Below, in pieces: positions 26,201 through 40,832 of a DNA stretch of 64,000 bases. Each line of letters begins with the position of its first letter. Position 1 is the stretch's first letter. This DNA comes from Nymphaea colorata. Lineage: Eukaryota. The stretch spans positions 17,174,001-17,238,000 of the forward strand of contig NC_045138.2 in NCBI RefSeq assembly GCF_008831285.2, in the 5' to 3' direction. The notes under the pieces were generated by a model, which worked only from the letters and a program-made list of their open reading frames with translations, did no database searches and had not been told where the DNA came from. Position numbers and translations under genes: made by a program.

Positions 26201-29200
26201 TCATAAAGATAGGTACAGTTTGAAATTGTTTTTGACAGAGGATCAAGGAGGAATAATAATTAAATCGATGTAAAGAATTCGTTTCTACATGGAAATTTTT
26301 AGTGTACCATGAACAGCCCTACAAATATGTTTATGTAGACCATGTTGCCTATGTAAATAAAAAAGGATCTATTTATGATTTAAAGCGACCCACATGTTCA
26401 TGATTTGAAAGTTTTTATCAAAAATTCGAAAATATGGATTTATTCGTTCACAACTTGATTATCTCTTTTCTATTTCTGAGAAGAAAAAACGTGTGAAATT
26501 TTTTTCGCATATACATGGATGATATGATAATAATAGGAACCCTAAATAGAATATTAAGATATTAAGGGTCTTTTTAAGAAAAAAATTTCGATTGACGGAC
26601 CTTGGAAAGCTACAATGTTTCCTTGAAGCTGCAAATGACAGGATGGAAGATAAACTTGTTATGAGTTATGACTCAACAGAACACACTTGATTTGTTTGCC
26701 AAATTTGGTATGCAGGATTGCAAACCTGTAGCTACTCCAACTCCAATTCATTAAAAATAAAGTGAGAATGATGGAGAAGTATATTAGATCCTACCAATAA
26801 TCGAAGCGCAGTTGGCATTGACCTTCACTAGAGCATACATCGACCACATAATCAATCGGAAATCGCATTTCATGCACAAACCAAGAATTGTGCACATGGA
26901 ACCCATTAAAGGATTTTATGATACTTAATGGCACAATAGTAAATGGCTTTATTTATGAGAGAAGAAAGCAAAACCATGATATTTAATATTGTCTGCAAAT
27001 TCAGATATGGATTAGGTGGTGATCTAGATGAGAGACGAATCAGTATCTGAATACTATATCTTTATTAAAGGGAAACCTAATTTCATGAAGCAGCAAAAAC
27101 AAAAACGTAGCACTACGTCAAGTACAGAAGTAGAATATCGAGAAGCGGCATCAGCTGAATACAAATTAACTTGAGGATGAACTTGGAAAAATTTTACCAA
27201 AATCAGTTCTTTATTGTGACAACTAGATTGCCATTTAGAATTCATTGAATCTCATACAACAAGGAGAACAAAACATATTGAATGGAGCAGCATTTCATTA
27301 GACAAAAGATTGAACATTAAAGACCAGAAGCAACATATATTGGCAAAGAGAATCAAATTTCCAGGGGCGAAGGGAGGGGGGGCCCACCTAGGCCGTGGCC
27401 CCACCCCAACTAATTTAAAAAAAAAAAATTACATTACAAAAATTGAAATTTTTTGGTTGAGTAATGTATCTTTTAGATTCGGATTTAATTTGGCCCTACC
27501 CAGATTTAGTTTGGCCCTACCCGAATAAGTTTGATGGACCGTTTGGCCCGCCCCTGAAAAAAATCCTGGCTCCGCCCCTACAAATTGCAAACCATATTCA
27601 CAAAAAGACTAATAATTGAGGAGTCTCTAGTTCCTTAAATCAAATTGAGCATGGTATAAAGGTACGCACAACTTGAGGGAGGTGTTAAGATGTGCTTATT
27701 TATATTGTATCTTGCATCTAATAACGCCCTTTTTTCAAACAAAACACAAATAGTGCCATTTTATAGCGTCATTCATTATCTAGACATATTACTTAAGGGC
27801 AGTTTAGTCTTTAGTGCCCCAGTATATCTTATTTAGAGAACTTGCCCATTGCAGAAGCAATTGCTCACACATCTCTTCTACTGAAATCTGGTTCGGATCT
27901 GCTCACCTCTTCCTTTTTTAAGCATATAATTCAAATGCTAATATGAACATACTTTGTTTTCAGGAATTCTGAGGAAGGAATTCTCAAGATTATTTTTTGA
28001 GCATAGTTATGCAACCCCTTCATTTATATCACAAGAAAACCTCATTATAACTTGTACTTCGCATGATAAAACTTTTCTTAGCAAGAAAAATTCAAAATAC
28101 TGCTTCAAAGATATGATATGATATGTTTGAATAGAAAAGATGACAGACACTATAGAACCAATGAAAATGCAACAACCTTAAAGATGGTTCAACTATTCAA
28201 AAAATTAATTACCAATGCATCTTAGATCAGCCAATGAACAAATGAAAGACCAGATGTAAAGATGAACCAAACTGTACAGCATGCCAGAGATCACAGAAAC
28301 TATAACAATCATGATGAAGAATTTTAGAGGACAGATGATGAACCTGCACAACTTACTTTATTCTTAAATAGCACGCAGAAATTTGTGGCAGAGCCTCATC
28401 TCCTTCCCTGAATCAACCAAGCAACAAGATAGAAAAAAGAAGAGTTAGTAGACCATAAGAACATTAAAACCATGATCACAAGAGCGCTTTATCAATAGTA
28501 TTTTCTGGACGCATTTGTCATTATTGGAGTAATAAGAGAACTGTTCTCACTGGTTATCAGAAGCCACAAGGGAGAACCAAACATGACTTATTTTCTTTTC
28601 ACGCTTCAAGCAGGAAGGAGTAACCATGGGTTGAGATGGGATGCTTATCTCCCTCGACATAGCTGCTCGCTTCCGGCTAATCCCATGAAGCCTTCTAGCT
28701 TTACCCAACCCTGAACGTGCAGAAGCAGTGCCTTTTTTATCATCCTGAAGTTTTGGTTTACGAGCATGCTCCTTAAACTTGGCCTTGTGAACATTCACAC
28801 CACTATCGGGGTTGTCAGCTTGCTCTGCCTTGACAGAAGAAGCTTGAAAGTTTGACTTAAATGACTTCGACCTAGTTGCAGCCTCTAACAGACAATTCAA
28901 AGGTTTCCAAAGACCAGATTTTCCAAGCTGCTGCTCTGCTCCATTCTCTGTATTGATATTACAAACGTAGTTTGATGGCTCTCCATTGGATGGATTCTGC
29001 CAAAAGATTTCAAGGTAAACAGTTAACATATACTTTTGACAATGTAGTCGACAAAGAAAATAACCTTATTCATTAACTATAAAAGAAAAAGAACTCCATT
29101 CCTAAGAGAGAAAACAGCATAGAAATAAGCAAACATGGTAAAACCTCATCTTGTTAAATTGTGCAATACTAGAAATCTCACTTCAATAACTCCAGTTCCT

Positions 29201-32135
29201 TTGCTATATAAGAGTAATTCTGTAACAAGTTTTTGGTTGAACCTGATGAAAAGTTTCCCTGAAAATTCTGGTTAAAAGAAATCATTCCAATCCCATTATA
29301 TATTATGTAGGCATAATGTGATATGAGGAAACCATGAAAACATGGACATAGAGACTTTTAGAGCATAGAAATGTAAGAGAGAATGGAACCTGTGTCCTCC
29401 AATGTCGCTTTGAACAATAAATAATGGCTACTACAAACTTTCATGCCAATTAACATATGCTATTAGCAGACCATTCCCTTACTTACCTGCCTTTGTGTGA
29501 TTGTGTCTTGGGTCTCATGAGAACATGAGCTATCATGATGGTCTTCTGCATTTTCTGCTTTGATTTTTACAGGTTCGTCTTTGGCAAAGTTCGACCCACG
29601 TAAAGAAGCAGCTTTTCTAGCAATAGATTTAGTTCTTCTCCCAGTTAAGCCAGTTTGTGTTGTTACACGTGGGGTACTAATAACCAATGATGAAAGAGAC
29701 CTCTCCTTTCTCCTAACAGGCAATGTAATGGAAGGCACAATATCTGCTGCTTTGCCCTTGCTTCCTTTGAGAGGAAATATTTTGTTTCTCACATCTTGCA
29801 AATTATGATCTGGCCTGAATAAGGATTCAGTCATTCAGTAGCGTTATTCAATGCAAAAATAAGAAATGGGATATAGTATCCCAAATCAATTTATTTACAA
29901 CTCCAACAGAAACAGTCTCCAATGAAAAAAAAGTTATGGTGCAACCACTCTATGCAGGGCTAATCACATCCTAAAAGCTAGGGCAAATGTGACTCAGTTC
30001 CAGTCATTTCATGCAAAGAACTCATAGTGGTATTCACCAATTCAAATGCACTGACTTAAAGAAACAGATTGTCAAACAGAGACACATACTAAGTACTGAT
30101 AAAATTGTTTGACATTGATAGTGTGAAACAAACATAAACTAGATTCAGATGGAGAAGATTGAGGCCAGATGATTACGTGTAGTGTGGTTACGGATGAAAT
30201 GTTGGCAGTTCCATGTAAGACTGGACAATGAAATGTCAGCCAGACCAATTCTATTTATGCAGCAAGGTGACATAAGTAATGATGTCTGGCTTGTAAACAT
30301 CAGAAACAATTTAATCAGAGAAAAATGAGGACTACCAAATCACAACATTAAATTAGAAATCAAGTGCACACCTAATAATTAATATGTGAATGATTTATTT
30401 AATGACCTCTAGGAAAAGGACATGATATCAAGCAATGGTTAATCCTCATTTCAAACAGAAAATCAAAACGCTACACCCTTTTATTTTTCACCATCGTTGG
30501 CTAAGATGGAGATAGAGAAACAATTATCACAGTTCTTCTAGTCAAGAAAAGAAAACACATTTGGCATTGCCTGCAAAGTAGTAATTATTCCATACTGACA
30601 TAGTTCTAAGGTTGGTAAAATAAGTATCTGGATCAGTTAGTGATTATACCTTCACCATTAAAAAAAAAAAAAAAACATTTTATTTAACACAAAAAAAATG
30701 GTAACTCCCAAGTATAAAATTTTGGAAGGAAAGATGTTGAAATGAAATCCTTAAGAAAATACCCAAATCAAGGGGACTGTCATCGCAATAAACGTCTAAG
30801 CAGAATGTTTCTCAAAAGTTACTTGTGAGTACAGATCTAATGCCTCAAAACTTGGAACTTAGGGACCAGTTTTGAGAAGGATTCAAGGCTCGCACGAATG
30901 AAAAGGAACCCAACAAGATGAATTGACAATATCACATAAGAACAAATCAATTACATTCTAAACAAACAAGATAGAATGACAGAGCTACCTGAGTTTCTCC
31001 ACAGGAACACAACCGAGATCAGTGTTGCAAATAGGGCAGCAGTCAACCTCCTCATCAGTGAGTTTCTCATAAATACACCTCCTGCAGACTACCACATTTG
31101 AAAACAAAAACGTGTCAGACACAACACTAGAAGCATTTTACTGATACACTACCCAGAAAAAAAACTTTGCCAATTGAAAGCAGAAGTAAAAATAAGCATG
31201 ACCAATAAATGACAACTACAAATCACCAATTCTGACAAATACATGCCCATTCACGTCTGGCTGTCAAGCTGTGTCATCCAAATTAATTATCTTCTGCATC
31301 CAAGTGCAATTTTCTCCAGCCGCTTTGACCAAAGATAGAGAGACACAATGAGGATCTCATCTTTGAGATCCAAAAGTAACTAGATATAGAAAGTGAAAGT
31401 GTTTACACCTGTCTTAGTGTATGCTATATTGCTATATGATTGCAGTTACCGCAGATATGTCCAAATTCTCCTATAAGCCTACAAGTCGGCTAACAAAAAA
31501 TACGCCCTGTTTCCATGCCAATCCCAAAGTAAATCATCAAACTTACGCATTTTTACTTCATTATGGACTTGACTTCGCAGGTTCATAAAGAATCATCCAC
31601 ACCCGTTTCATTACTTATGGACCTTTAAAAAGTCAAAAAGAAAGAAAAAAATTTACATTAATTTCACATTGTTTCTTCAGCGTTTCTGCAGATAGGATAA
31701 CCCAACTTTCTTCATGTTGATTACAATGAGTCTTCAAATTTTTCACGCCACATGGAGACATGAACGTCACTATTTCAACTGCGGCTCACAAACTACACAT
31801 CCAGGGCCACCGATTCACGAGTGCATGCCATGCATATGCACAATATAAACATAAACGTAGATCCAATACGGATTCGTGCACTTCTGCCGTCCGCGTGCAT
31901 AAGCACAGAGAGAGAGAGAGGCTCGTACAGATCAGCAGCTTATTTATGCAGATATTAGAGTAATCGAGTAGAAGAATAAATCAAACTGACTTAAGGAGCA
32001 AGAGAGACCCAGAATCTTACAAGTGTGAAGGCATTCCGAGATGGTGGTGGCTTCTCTGAGCAGTTTCTTGCAAAGAGGGCATGTCATGCAAGCTGCAAGG
32101 GTCACCCTCCGGACCTTCACCACCTGGTTCATCAT
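23240..32135 (-). CDS. DRIP2: DRIP/BMI1-type C3HC4 RING E3 ubiquitin ligase (PRC1 component), ~428 aa. Exons 32021-32135, 30989-31088, 29487-29814, 28551-28996, 28357-28407, 24952-25024, 23240-23413.
   Basis: RING CPLCKKLLREATTISECLHT|FCRRCI...CPIC; LRPDHNLQDVRNKIFP; RRKERSLSSLV; LWKPLNCLLEAA; C-terminal RAWUL-like WFSLVAS...LPQISACYLRIK|DGNIPVSFIKKYLVKKLDL...VMVLAYAR. Phases are consistent throughout; the exact DRIP1/DRIP2 paralogue is not resolvable. Confidence 0.93.
26040..27935 (+). mobile_element. Decayed Ty1/Copia RT-RNaseH fragment with PPT and the start of a 3' LTR, in DRIP intron 5
   Basis: Frameshifted relics resembling ARLVAKGF..YDETF (~26135), DVKNSFLHG (~26265), YMDDMIIIG (~26510), SKKQ..SSTEVEYR (~27090) and RTKHIE (~27265); PPT TTGAGGGAGG followed by TG at 27683. 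Outer ends are approximate. Confidence 0.85.
27362..27580. mobile_element. hAT-type MITE nested in the Copia relic
   Basis: TIRs CAGGGGCG...CGCCCCTA; 8-bp TSD caaatttc/caaattgc. Confidence 0.85.
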
Positions 32136-35100
32136 CTGGACGCCGTGAACTTCAGAACCTGCAAAGCTCTCATCTTTGCCTACATCCTGCGACCATTTTC
32201 TTACGACGAGAAAAGATCGGCTCTTCTTCCTTCTCTTGAATCAAGCTTTACGATTTCCGCCCACCACTCATCCGTCGATAAGCGAACAACAGAAGAGGGG
32301 TTGGAAAAGAGGGTAAGTACGAGCACTAAGCACGGGGAAGGAGATGACCATCGACTCAAGAACGGATTTTGATAAGAGATCCTTAAAATAAAGCGCTGCC
32401 CAATTCAGAAATGGTTGCTTGGAGCATGCCTCTGGGTCGAAATTGGGAGACAGAATGATGGGGAGCTAGAGAGAGAGAGAGAGAGAGAGAGAAGTGAAGA
32501 AAAGGGAAAACCAAATATTAAAGCACCCAAAAAAAGAATTTTGTGCTTCGACAGAAAAACACTCTACTTCACGCAATGGTTTGAGATGAATTACAGTTTG
32601 CAAAAGAATTTATTTTATCCCGCGTAAAAATTTACGAATTTTGTTCCTGACCTGGTGATTGACTCCAAACCTAGGCAATTTCCTACGAGGTTTTCCCCCT
32701 TCGCCGGTTAGCCCACGCCCAGCGTGAGCCTTAACCCGAAAGATGTACTCAACTTTGGAGGCACGAGTTTTCTCCTTGTCTTGGACTTAAAAGGACCAGA
32801 CCAGGGCTCCCACTCGGAAGTAGTTTCACTGTTAAAAAAAACAGTTGGCCAATTTAGAGTAAACCTTTGAAATGAGAAATTGGAGAAATTGAGAGGAAAA
32901 CACTATTCCTGAAAAAACATTTCGTACTCAAAAAAGGGATTCCTTCTCCCTCTTTGTCTCTTCATTTTTCTTGGCTGACGGAAATTTTCCTCATTTTGAA
33001 GGATACCCATAAATTGCATTCGATCGTCTCGGGTTTGAGACGTCAGTTTTGGATGCGACGTAGGATTCAACAGCTATGCCCTCGAGTAATACAAACAAAC
33101 GATGTGATATCCGAGGACATGAGATCCCCATAGTTCCCCAGTGAGGCCTAAAACCTCCCATACAAACTTTTTTGGCAGTGGCGGAGCACAAGTTGGCAGT
33201 TGCTCCCACACCAGCCTTACAATGATAGAGGCTTTCAAATATTTGCTAATTTACATGGATGGCTGTCTCCTAAGGTATGAAACCTTTTACTAGACATTGA
33301 AGGCCCATGAGCCTCTGTTTCGAGATACATATTGACTTGGATCGGAATCCTTACTGCTTTCTAATTCTGGCATTGGAGTTTCGAGAAGGTTTAGTCCAAT
33401 GACGTGTCATTCCTTCCTGTATATCTAGAGATGCGAGGATGTAGGAGTGCTTTGCCTTACAGGGAAAAAATTTAGATCCAAGGATAGGAGATCTTGTTTG
33501 AGATATTTCAGTCAAGGTGGATGATCCCTAATGGGATGCTTGAATTCCTCAACATCTTCAGAGATGTGATTACACCTAGATCCATGCCTTTCTCTTTCCC
33601 TTAATTTTTGCATGGATCCCAGGACTGTAACATTGATGCGGAGATTTTCAAATCCATGGTTCTTTGCCCTCCAAAAGAAGCAACACCACAAACTGTATGC
33701 ACAGAGCACGTGCACGCACACACACACATAGCACTTGTCCATGAATAAACATGTGAAAGTCCAGGAAGGCAGTTTTCTCCTCCACACAGAGTTACAATAT
33801 TTTGGTCTTCATGAAGATCTATCGTTTAAATAACCTCAAATTTTCAAACTTAAGAAGAAGAAAAAGGATGCGTGGAGGTGGGCTGCAATAAGTTGCCGCA
33901 AGCAGAAAATGTCTGACAGTTCATAACCATAGTCACGTTCAGCATGATGCCAAGACAACTAAAGAAATATTTGGCAGAAGGCAACTCATACGGCCTTTGG
34001 TTCTGAAACCACTGAGTTATTCTGGATTTAGGATGGGATGGTAATAAGATTGAGATCGATGATGTTTTAAGATCAAAATGGTTTATTATGGATTTTCACG
34101 ATTATATAATCTTTTTATCTGTTCTGCATCTTGGCAGCAAGGTTAACGACTTTGTATCATACTTTAAAAAAATATTTGCTGCAATATTGAAATTTCACGG
34201 TTGTGTTGCATAGATTTGAAAAGCTGTCAGTCTGCCACCTGTTCAGAAGCTATCATGGTCTTCCTTTTCTTAGTTTTTGTCGACAAGCTGGCGCCTGGAA
34301 AACGTTACTAAATTTTATACCAACAGATTTGCACTATGGGTATGAAACTCTCTGACTTTCTTTTTTAACTCTAAAAATATTAAATCTTAGGCCATGCAAC
34401 AGCAAGGTAGATGGAGTTAGTTCTGGATGAGCTGCTGTCATGAACTTTGTGCGATGGATGCAATGATATTATTGTGTTCTATATATCCGTGTGTATTTTT
34501 GTTATTTAAAAAAAAAACCTTTATTTTACCAATATTTTTCCATGTGAACATGATTTCTTTTATGAGTTCTTCCTGAGATTTTTCCCACATAAAGTCTGTT
34601 GACATCTATCAAAATTCCTTTTAATGCAACCAGGGGCATTGACCCCTTATCTTAGGGGGCAAGAAGTTGGGTGAAAGCTTTTGCTCTTTTTTGTGCAGAA
34701 AAATTAAATACTCCTCTTGCTCACGTCAAAACTTTTGAAGATTGAGATCTAATAAAAAGAAAAATATTTTTATGAGTATAATCATATAACCCTACGAAAA
34801 TAAGAACATTTTTTCACCTCTTTGAACTTTTTCTTTGTAATCACATCCCCGTTTTTCTTTCATAAAAAACAAAAGAAAACGAAGTTCATCTCCCATGTTT
34901 TCCCTCAAGAATTAGAGGATCAATTTTTTGGCACCAGATCAAATAAAATTTCAAGAATCCTAATAAAATTCTACACAGAGCTGTGCTCTGTACCTTTGAA
35001 AACAATTTTGTATAATTAAGCTCCTTGGCACGAAAAGTCTCACCCTTCATCCAAGCCAACAACATGTTATTTTCATAATTTTGTTGTTATCACAGTCATT

Positions 35101-37487
35101 ATTATGTAACAAGCTATGGAGATACAAACGGTCTCGTGTATGGGGAAACTAAATGGCTCATCCCTCAAGAAACGTAAGCTTTCAAACTTGAGCTTTATTT
35201 TGAAAGCCCACACACTAGATCAGAGAAGACAGATTATTATTGTTGGACTTACTTACTTGGTGTGTATAATCTAACTTCTCAAATAATTATACATGAAATC
35301 TCATGATGGCAGTTTGGATCCTTATATATAGTTAATAGTCAAACGTCACATGTCCTTAATTTTGTCCATGATGGCAATTTTCCGGGTGAGAAAGATGGTT
35401 CTCCCACCACCCACATAAGAGCCAACACCCTTCTCTTTCCCCTTGGGTCCAAATTTGTGTTAGTAGTAGGTGTTGAGATCTTCGCTTGGTTTAACTGATA
35501 CATAGGACTCATACTCCTGTACAATACAGGAGCATAGCCACCCACGGGTTTCAAAATGGAGACATGCCTGAGTTCTCCACGAGTCCGCCATTTGATATAT
35601 GACCCGAAGAGCTTCTATGAAAACAGCTTTTTCAGAAAACTTTTTTTTCTTTTAAATGTTGTTTTCATGTCACTAAACAAGTCAAAAAAATGAGTTTTGA
35701 AGGCAAAACAGCGTTTTACCTTGAAAATGATTTTTTTTTTTTACATGCATCCAAACATGCCCTAAGAAGTTGCATGAAAATTGAATCCAGGATGGCAAAA
35801 CGTGAGAAAACCCTAATTTCAGGTCCAACCCATGTGCCCCCATGCTTTTAAGGCTGGAGCCTGCCCAGGCCCATTATAAGTGTGTCAAGAACTGGTTGGT
35901 TTGTGTTAACTTGTACTGGATCTGGCAGGGTCTGGGTTTTGTGGACAAAATCTTTAATGAACCTGTCTCCCTCATCATTTTCGAAGCCATGGATATGGAT
36001 CTTCTTATGATAGCCAGATCTACACTGAGGTATTGATGGTGATTCTCAAATATCGCAGAACAGAATGTCATACAATGAGATAGAATGTAATAGAAACGCT
36101 GGTGCGTCTGATAAGAAGAACATTATGCTTTTGGAAAATATGTGTTTATAATGTGTGCTTGAAGAATGCAATCTTCTCAATTCAGAAAATATAACATGAA
36201 ACATATTGTTACGTCCTCTAAGTTCAATGTTAAGATGTTAAGTCCAAAGTCACATTATGATCTGATATCATTAACACGTCAAACCAAACAACACCAACTA
36301 TCCCACCTTTCTTTTAGATAAGCAAGCTGGGATTAGGTAGAGTGTGACCAAATTATCAGAACGTCAGTGGACAAAACTCTTGTCCTTACCCGTCATGAAT
36401 GTATTTAAGACGGATACATGAAATAAAATGCGAATAAGATGAGTTCATGACAGATCTCGCAATTTCTGGCTATTAAAATATCCAACTTTCCCCGTATTTA
36501 GCTGTTCCATGTTTGACTCATTTGCAGCCTGACATCACAAAAGGACCACAAATGAACAGTAGATCGTACCATCTTCTACTTGAAACAATAGATGAAAAAT
36601 GGGAACATCCTTGGACATTCTGTGCCAGACTTTTTCCACCATCACTCAAACACGCCCTCAGTACATGCCCAAAAGGTGTCCGTGCATGTAATAAAGGTGA
36701 TACTTAGTAGATGCCACCAACTTGATTAACTATGATGAGTTGGAAACACGTAAGAATTATTTCTTGTCGCAAGGTCGGCGCTGAGTAGGCATGAAAACCT
36801 TACCAACCGTGGGCCGACCTAATTGTGACCAGTGAGTAGGAGACTCCCTTTTCCCCTTCTCTTGACCTACCAAAGAAAAGTTGGGCCGACCCACATAATG
36901 GGCAAAAGTTTGTTCCTTGAAAAGAATTTTACGCCATGAAGACGAACAGCTTTTGAAGGTCCCCGGAATTTGGTTGGTACCAAACACAGGAGAAACTTGA
37001 ACAAGTTTGAAAGGAAAAAAAGAGAGATTTAATTGATTGAGATTTCAAATCAAATGGAAATGCGTGTAGAGCTCAATGGATGCCTCTGCTAGCTCATGTT
37101 TTTTTTGTGAAAGTATACCAAATTATTGACTAGAAAGACTTGAATGGTTTGGATTTGGGTTGGGATCGATTTAGTATAATCTTTCAGGAAACAAACATAA
37201 GATTCTGAATTGGTCCATTAGGATCTGGACTCAGCTGATTGTTTCTGTTTCGGATAATTTGAAGAATCATCAACTGAAGTTCAATAATCTCCAGTTCTGC
37301 CCGAATCTGATGCATTTACATCCCCTAAAAAAACAAATGTAAGATGCCTAGCTATTCAGTTAGAACTTGGTTTCCGCTAACCTAGTATCTGTTTGGTATA
37401 ATTTGGAGAATCATCAATTGAAATTCAATAATGTTCCGATTTGACCTCATTAGTAGCTGTCGATCTTAGGGGTAAGGGAGACACTTT

Positions 37488-37923
37488 TATAATACCTCAA
37501 AAATTTAATCTCATGTTAAAGATTATGAATTATCTTTAAGAGCTTATAAAAAATGTAATTAAATAGATGGTTATTCTTTGGAGTCGAAACTAGTAGGAGG
37601 CGGGTTGGAATCCGCCGAAGCAAGGGCTCGAGCCTAGAAGTGGGTTGGGTTGTTATAGTGGTATCAGAGCCGGTTCAACACTCGGACCTATGGTCCCACA
37701 CAGGCAAATGCATGTGCTTTAGAATGGGTGGATTGTAACATCTCAAAAATTTAATCTCGTATTAAAGATTATGAGGGATCTTCAAGGGCTTATAAATGAG
37801 GTTATTAAATAGATGGTCGTCCTGAATCCTAGTCTTTTTGAGGTTGAAACCGAAACTGCTATGAGGATGGTTGGGATCAGCCGAAACAAGGGCCCGAGCC
37901 TAAAAGTGTGTCGAGTTGTTACA
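37488..37923 (+). mobile_element. TRIM (terminal-repeat retrotransposon in miniature)
   Basis: LTR1 37488-37657; PBS TGGTATCAGAGC at 37659-37670 (tRNA-Met type); 76-bp internal region with purine-rich AGAATGGGTGGA; LTR2 37734-37923 (TGTAACA...TGTTACA); TSD acttt/acttc. Confidence 0.9.
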
Positions 37924-39146
37924 ACTTCGGCTCTCGCTTAGATGATGGGATACTTGGATTTTCTCCCGCTCAACCAAATCAACTAAAATTGAACAATTTC
38001 TAGATCTGACCAGAAGCGAACCCATTTAGATCCCCAAATAGTTGTTGATAACTCATTCTCTGACCTGTTGTGTGCCAACTAAAAGGACCATCTTTCTATC
38101 TTCATCTTTTTCTGCTCCAAAGGTGAAAGAATTTTGACTGCTTGATTTGCTTTTTGAGTTGCTGGCCAAGGTCTAGGGTGGAACAATCATGTCAAGCAAT
38201 TTAAAATCTTATTTTCTCTTTGCTCATGATTTGAAAACTTTAGTGCTGGTGATCCTGAGGCCCTGCATAACTTGGGCACCCAACTTTGAAACCCCTTTTT
38301 CCCCAGTCTGACACAAAGCAATCGAGTTGTCTATGTGCACCCCATTTACACACCCATTTCTTGAGAATCAAATTGTAAAAGAAAACATTAAAAGGTTTTG
38401 GAAAAATGATGGGTTTCTCTTCTTTTTTTTTTTTTTTTACTTATGGAAGGAAAAATATGAGTCAAAGGAGACATGATATAGATTGGTAACAAGCATTGAT
38501 GGTGTTGAACACAATGATGAGCAGGGAAACCTAAAGTGACAAAATATAAAGATCTTCCAACTCTGGAAATTATTTTGTTTTAAAAAGAAAATCTCAGGAA
38601 AACTTTAGCGCTTGTAAGAAGTACGAAAAAGCTAACAAGAATGTCAACAATATAAGAAGCAAGGCAAACTATTTTTTCACAGGTACGAAATCCTAGAAAT
38701 AAGTGTTTTATTTATTTCCTTTTATTATCATGATGTCTGGTGTTAAGTGTACCAATATCTTTCTTACTAGGTTTCATGTTGATATGCCAGTTTTAGAGTC
38801 AAATGACAGATCTTGAACACCTTTTTGCGCAAAAGGAAAGAAACTTTTGTAGAATATGATCAGTGCAATGTTTGGTGAGTTTATAAATGCATGCCATATC
38901 ATTTTCTTATTTTACTTGGGGAAACTCTTTCTAGAAAAGAAGCTTCATCGCTCATCTGGGCAAAAATCCTGAAAGCCATTTGATCGCACCCTTGGTTCTG
39001 GCATCGACTTTTGCAAACAAAGCGCACCATTAAGATTTGAACCAGTGACTAGCTGTCTACCAGCCCATGGCCCAACCAGTTATGTCACATCATTCAGGAC
39101 TCATACAAGAGTTTTCAACTTGACACCCTTCACATCCTCCTCCTCT

Positions 39147-39499
39147 CAGGGCAGTACAATGAGTCGAGCCAACTCGAAGTCGACTAGCTCAAGGTCCACT
39201 CCCTCGAGCTTAACTAAACTTGAGTTTATGAACGAGTCAAGTTAAACTCAAGTAAGCCCATTTAATCTAGGTTATCATTTTTTTTGTAATTTAGAAACTT
39301 AAAACCAAGGAAAAAGATCCAATTCAAATTGGGAGTTGGTAAACAAGCTTAGGTGAGTTTCGAGCTGAGGCTGAGTCAAGCTTGAGCTAACCTTGTACAG
39401 CTCAATTTGAGCTCAAGCCAAGCTCGAGCCTAGCAATATATGAGTCTAGTCAAGTCAAGATGACTGATCTCGTGCTCAACTCGGCTCGGTACAGCCCTA
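39147..39499. mobile_element. GAGCTCGA-rich MITE
   Basis: TIRs CAGGGCAGTAC...GTACAGCCCTA with internal tcgagc motifs. Confidence 0.75.
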
Positions 39500-40832
39500 G
39501 CCCCTTTCCCTTGGCCATGAAATCTTTAGCATAGACAAACAAATGAAGAAAAGGCTAGACTGTATCAACTTCAATCGAAGTGTGGATTCCACTGCTGGTC
39601 TGCAATTCTTTTGGAGACTCGTACGGGGATGCAATCACGTAAGCACATCGGATTTGCATTCAGACACCTGCCCATTCTAACATGTTAATCAGTAGGCAAA
39701 TGAAATTCCTTAGATCCAAACTTGGTATGGACATGGGATTCTGCATCCAAGTCAAAACATGAGACCACTTAAAACCCAAATGTGAGTGGACTGGGAGATC
39801 AGGTCATACATTGGATCCAAATTCTTACTTGAAAGTTCAATTATGCAAGATCCAATTATGCCAGAATCCATAAAGCCTAGATCCAAGTTTCAACTCTAGT
39901 CAGACCTGTCCAGTTTCCATGATTAGTGGCTGAGATGGTGGACTGTATCAAGGTACAACAGCACTAACCCCATTCCATGATTGTCTCCAACGAAATGTCA
40001 TGTTGGAAGAAAGGGCTCAGTTTGAGGGGTTGGTACACCTTTACAAAGCGCTACGTGAAAGCTTTGTGTTGTTTGAGCACTGATCATCCACATCCCAGGA
40101 ATGATAGCTCCTAGATCCAAACAAAACAAGCCTAATATCAATTCCTGGATCAAGGTCTAATCCGAGATGTATAATTTTTTACTTCATTGACCAAGTTTGG
40201 GTAAACCGGAGTATTTCATCTTATCACCAGCTGAGAGCCGAAGCTTCCACCTTTCCCCTCATCTCCTTGGGTTAACAGGTTTCAATTTACACATTGGTCT
40301 CCTCCCCATTATGTCACATAGAGTTGATGCCTTAAGGGTTTGAAAGAGAGAACGGCCACCTACCTGCCCCTGCCCTCTGTTTGTGCCAACCCCCTCGGGC
40401 TCCCGTTCGAAGTCCCCAATGGTCTCCTAAGGAAACCCAATAAAAGCATGCAAATCATATTTCTGGACCCTCTTGAGCATCAAAATGATTCCTTGTTCCT
40501 TGGGTGGATTCAGTTTTTTTCTTTCTGTAATGGTTAATTAGGAATGTAAAATGGTCAAACTCGATTTAGATCTACTGTTTGCCAAATGCGATCTTATCAG
40601 ATCTTTTCCTGTCGAATTCAAACTCACAGTCGGATTTGGACTTGAATTTCTTCAAACTGATTTCTGGATTCACAGGCATAAAACCTGCAGACCTTATCCT
40701 TGTGGGTTATCAAACTCAGGTCCAAATCTGGCTACTATTGTGAAACTTAGCACAAGCTGAAGTTTCCCTGCGAACAAACACATTGAAAAGCAAAAAAAAG
40801 AAATCCAAAACACTTATCTAGCCACTATCATG

